The translations under genes were made by a program, and so were the position numbers. The notes below the pieces were generated by a model. The model saw only the letters and a program-made list of their open reading frames with translations, searched no databases and was not told the DNA's origin. From assembly GCF_052425735.1 (NCBI RefSeq), contig NC_135762.1:23374001-23438000 (forward strand): 64,000 nt of DNA. The letters are read 5' to 3'. Position 1 is the stretch's first letter; the number at the start of each line of letters is the position of its first letter. Shown in pieces: positions 62,684 to 64,000 of this stretch. Source of the stretch: Oculina patagonica. Its lineage: Eukaryota.

Positions 62684-63002
62684 GGACTCTGTTTCAATGT
62701 GGAAATCTGGATCGTCTCAGTTTTTACTTTAAGTTATCGTCCCGAAACGACTGGAAAAGGAGCTGGTGTTGTTGAAACCAGGATCCAACTCGGTCATTCC
62801 ACAGTGGCAATCTTTTTCTGAGAAAAAAAAAAAAAAAACAGGTTCAATTATTGTACTGTACCTCAGTCAAAATTTTACAACTATCATTTCATCCCCATGG
62901 TGACACGCAACTTCTCAAACCATTAATAATTCATCAAGTTGCAACAAAGAAAATCATAACCGTGAAGGAGGTTTGGATACCTGGTCTTAGTGTTCTTAGT
63001 TA

Positions 63003-63217
63003 GCATAGATTTTTACGATTTTATTTCTCCAATTAATCCGTAGTTTTTGTTTGTTTTGAAAAGATATATCAAACACTCAAGACAGTTTTTCATCGGCTAT
63101 CCAAACACCTATTTCGTCACAATACTCCGCTGCGTGTCGTATTTTCAACTCTCCTGACTCTCTTCTCGGTGTTTGAATATCCTGATGAAACACTGTCTCT
63201 TGTGTTTGATACATTAC
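63003..63217. mobile_element. Interspersed repeat of the atcaaacac...gtgtttgat palindromic family
   Basis: tatcaaacactcaagacagtttttcatc / gatgaaacactgtctcttgtgtttgata. Confidence 0.65.
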
Positions 63218-63289
63218 ACCACAAGACTCAATATCTTGTACAATTTTCTTTGAGCCTTTCTTGTGGTTAAGTTTAGTTTCAGTAGTTTA

Positions 63290-63364
63290 GTTCTGGATAA
63301 GTCACTATCCACGGATAGCGATTTATCCGGTGGATACCGTTATCCACCGAACAACTGGGCCCAG
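63290..63364. mobile_element. MITE fragment (ggata/tatcc repeats ending aacaactgggcccag)
   Basis: One terminus only; resembles a common coral MITE. Confidence 0.45.
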
Positions 63365-64000
63365 AAAAACAAAGTATCGCCAATTGTCCAAGTGATATTA
63401 TAACGCTGATAAGATTTTAGATTTTCAAGATGGACGATGGACGAAATCCTGTGTATTCAAGCGAAACAAACAAATCATTGCCAAATGACCCCCACGCACT
63501 GCCACAAAAAGGAATAATTTTAAAGTTGTGACAGAACAAAGGGAAGCAATTATCACGAAAACCAAACTTGGGGATTAACTACACACAAAGCACTGTAATA
63601 ATTCATCCCTGGAGATGTAAGGCTTATGAGATTGTAGTTCAGTGAAAATGTAATTTAAATGGCCGTATAGATCTGATAGATAAAGATTTGTTATGACCTG
63701 AAATTTGTGTCTGTCATTAATTTTCAACTTTGATTGTTTATGTGTTCCTGAGTTGTGCTCGCCAGTACATTTATTGTCACATGTAAAATCTTTTTACGAC
63801 AACGTTTAAAAGAAGACAATAAACAAACACATAAACACGCAATGCGACCCAAAAGCGACATAAAACTTCACAGCTTTTCGAGATGGAGAAAAGAGAAATG
63901 CGTTTCTTGCGCAAACGATTTCAGAGATTCGTGCAGAACGTTGAGCGACCAAAATGGAGCCGGGATATATTCCTCGATTTTTCTCAGTCGCTCAAACAGC

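Overview
Eukaryotic, AT-rich animal DNA with GT-AG introns. The repeat families resemble those I recognise from scleractinian (stony coral) genomes; this is an inference. Four protein genes are supportable, all on the minus strand: (1) the 5' part of a large gene with a 2.6-kb first coding exon encoding a disordered Ser/Arg-rich region, spliced in phase to an exon that runs off the window; (2) an intronless PH-domain-only gene (42378-42842) with a TATA/CRE/ETS-CRE promoter and Pumilio elements downstream; (3,4) two tandem, divergent C7orf57-family paralogues with uninterrupted CDSs. The rest is a rearranged repeat landscape: tRNA-SINEs, truncated CR1/L2-type LINEs, hAT elements with 8-bp and 5-bp TSDs, palindromic MITEs with 9-bp TSDs, a Penelope-like inverted repeat with a decayed hammerhead core, two possible pseudogenes, and nested tandem duplications (about 340 bp, 1757 bp, 175 bp and a triplicated 3-4 kb E2F-motif-rich unit). 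No CRISPR, rRNA or prokaryotic system is present. The best candidates for new biology are the immediate-early-like PH-only gene, the C7orf57 pair, the 5-bp-TSD hAT elements inside SINEs and the E2F-rich unit.
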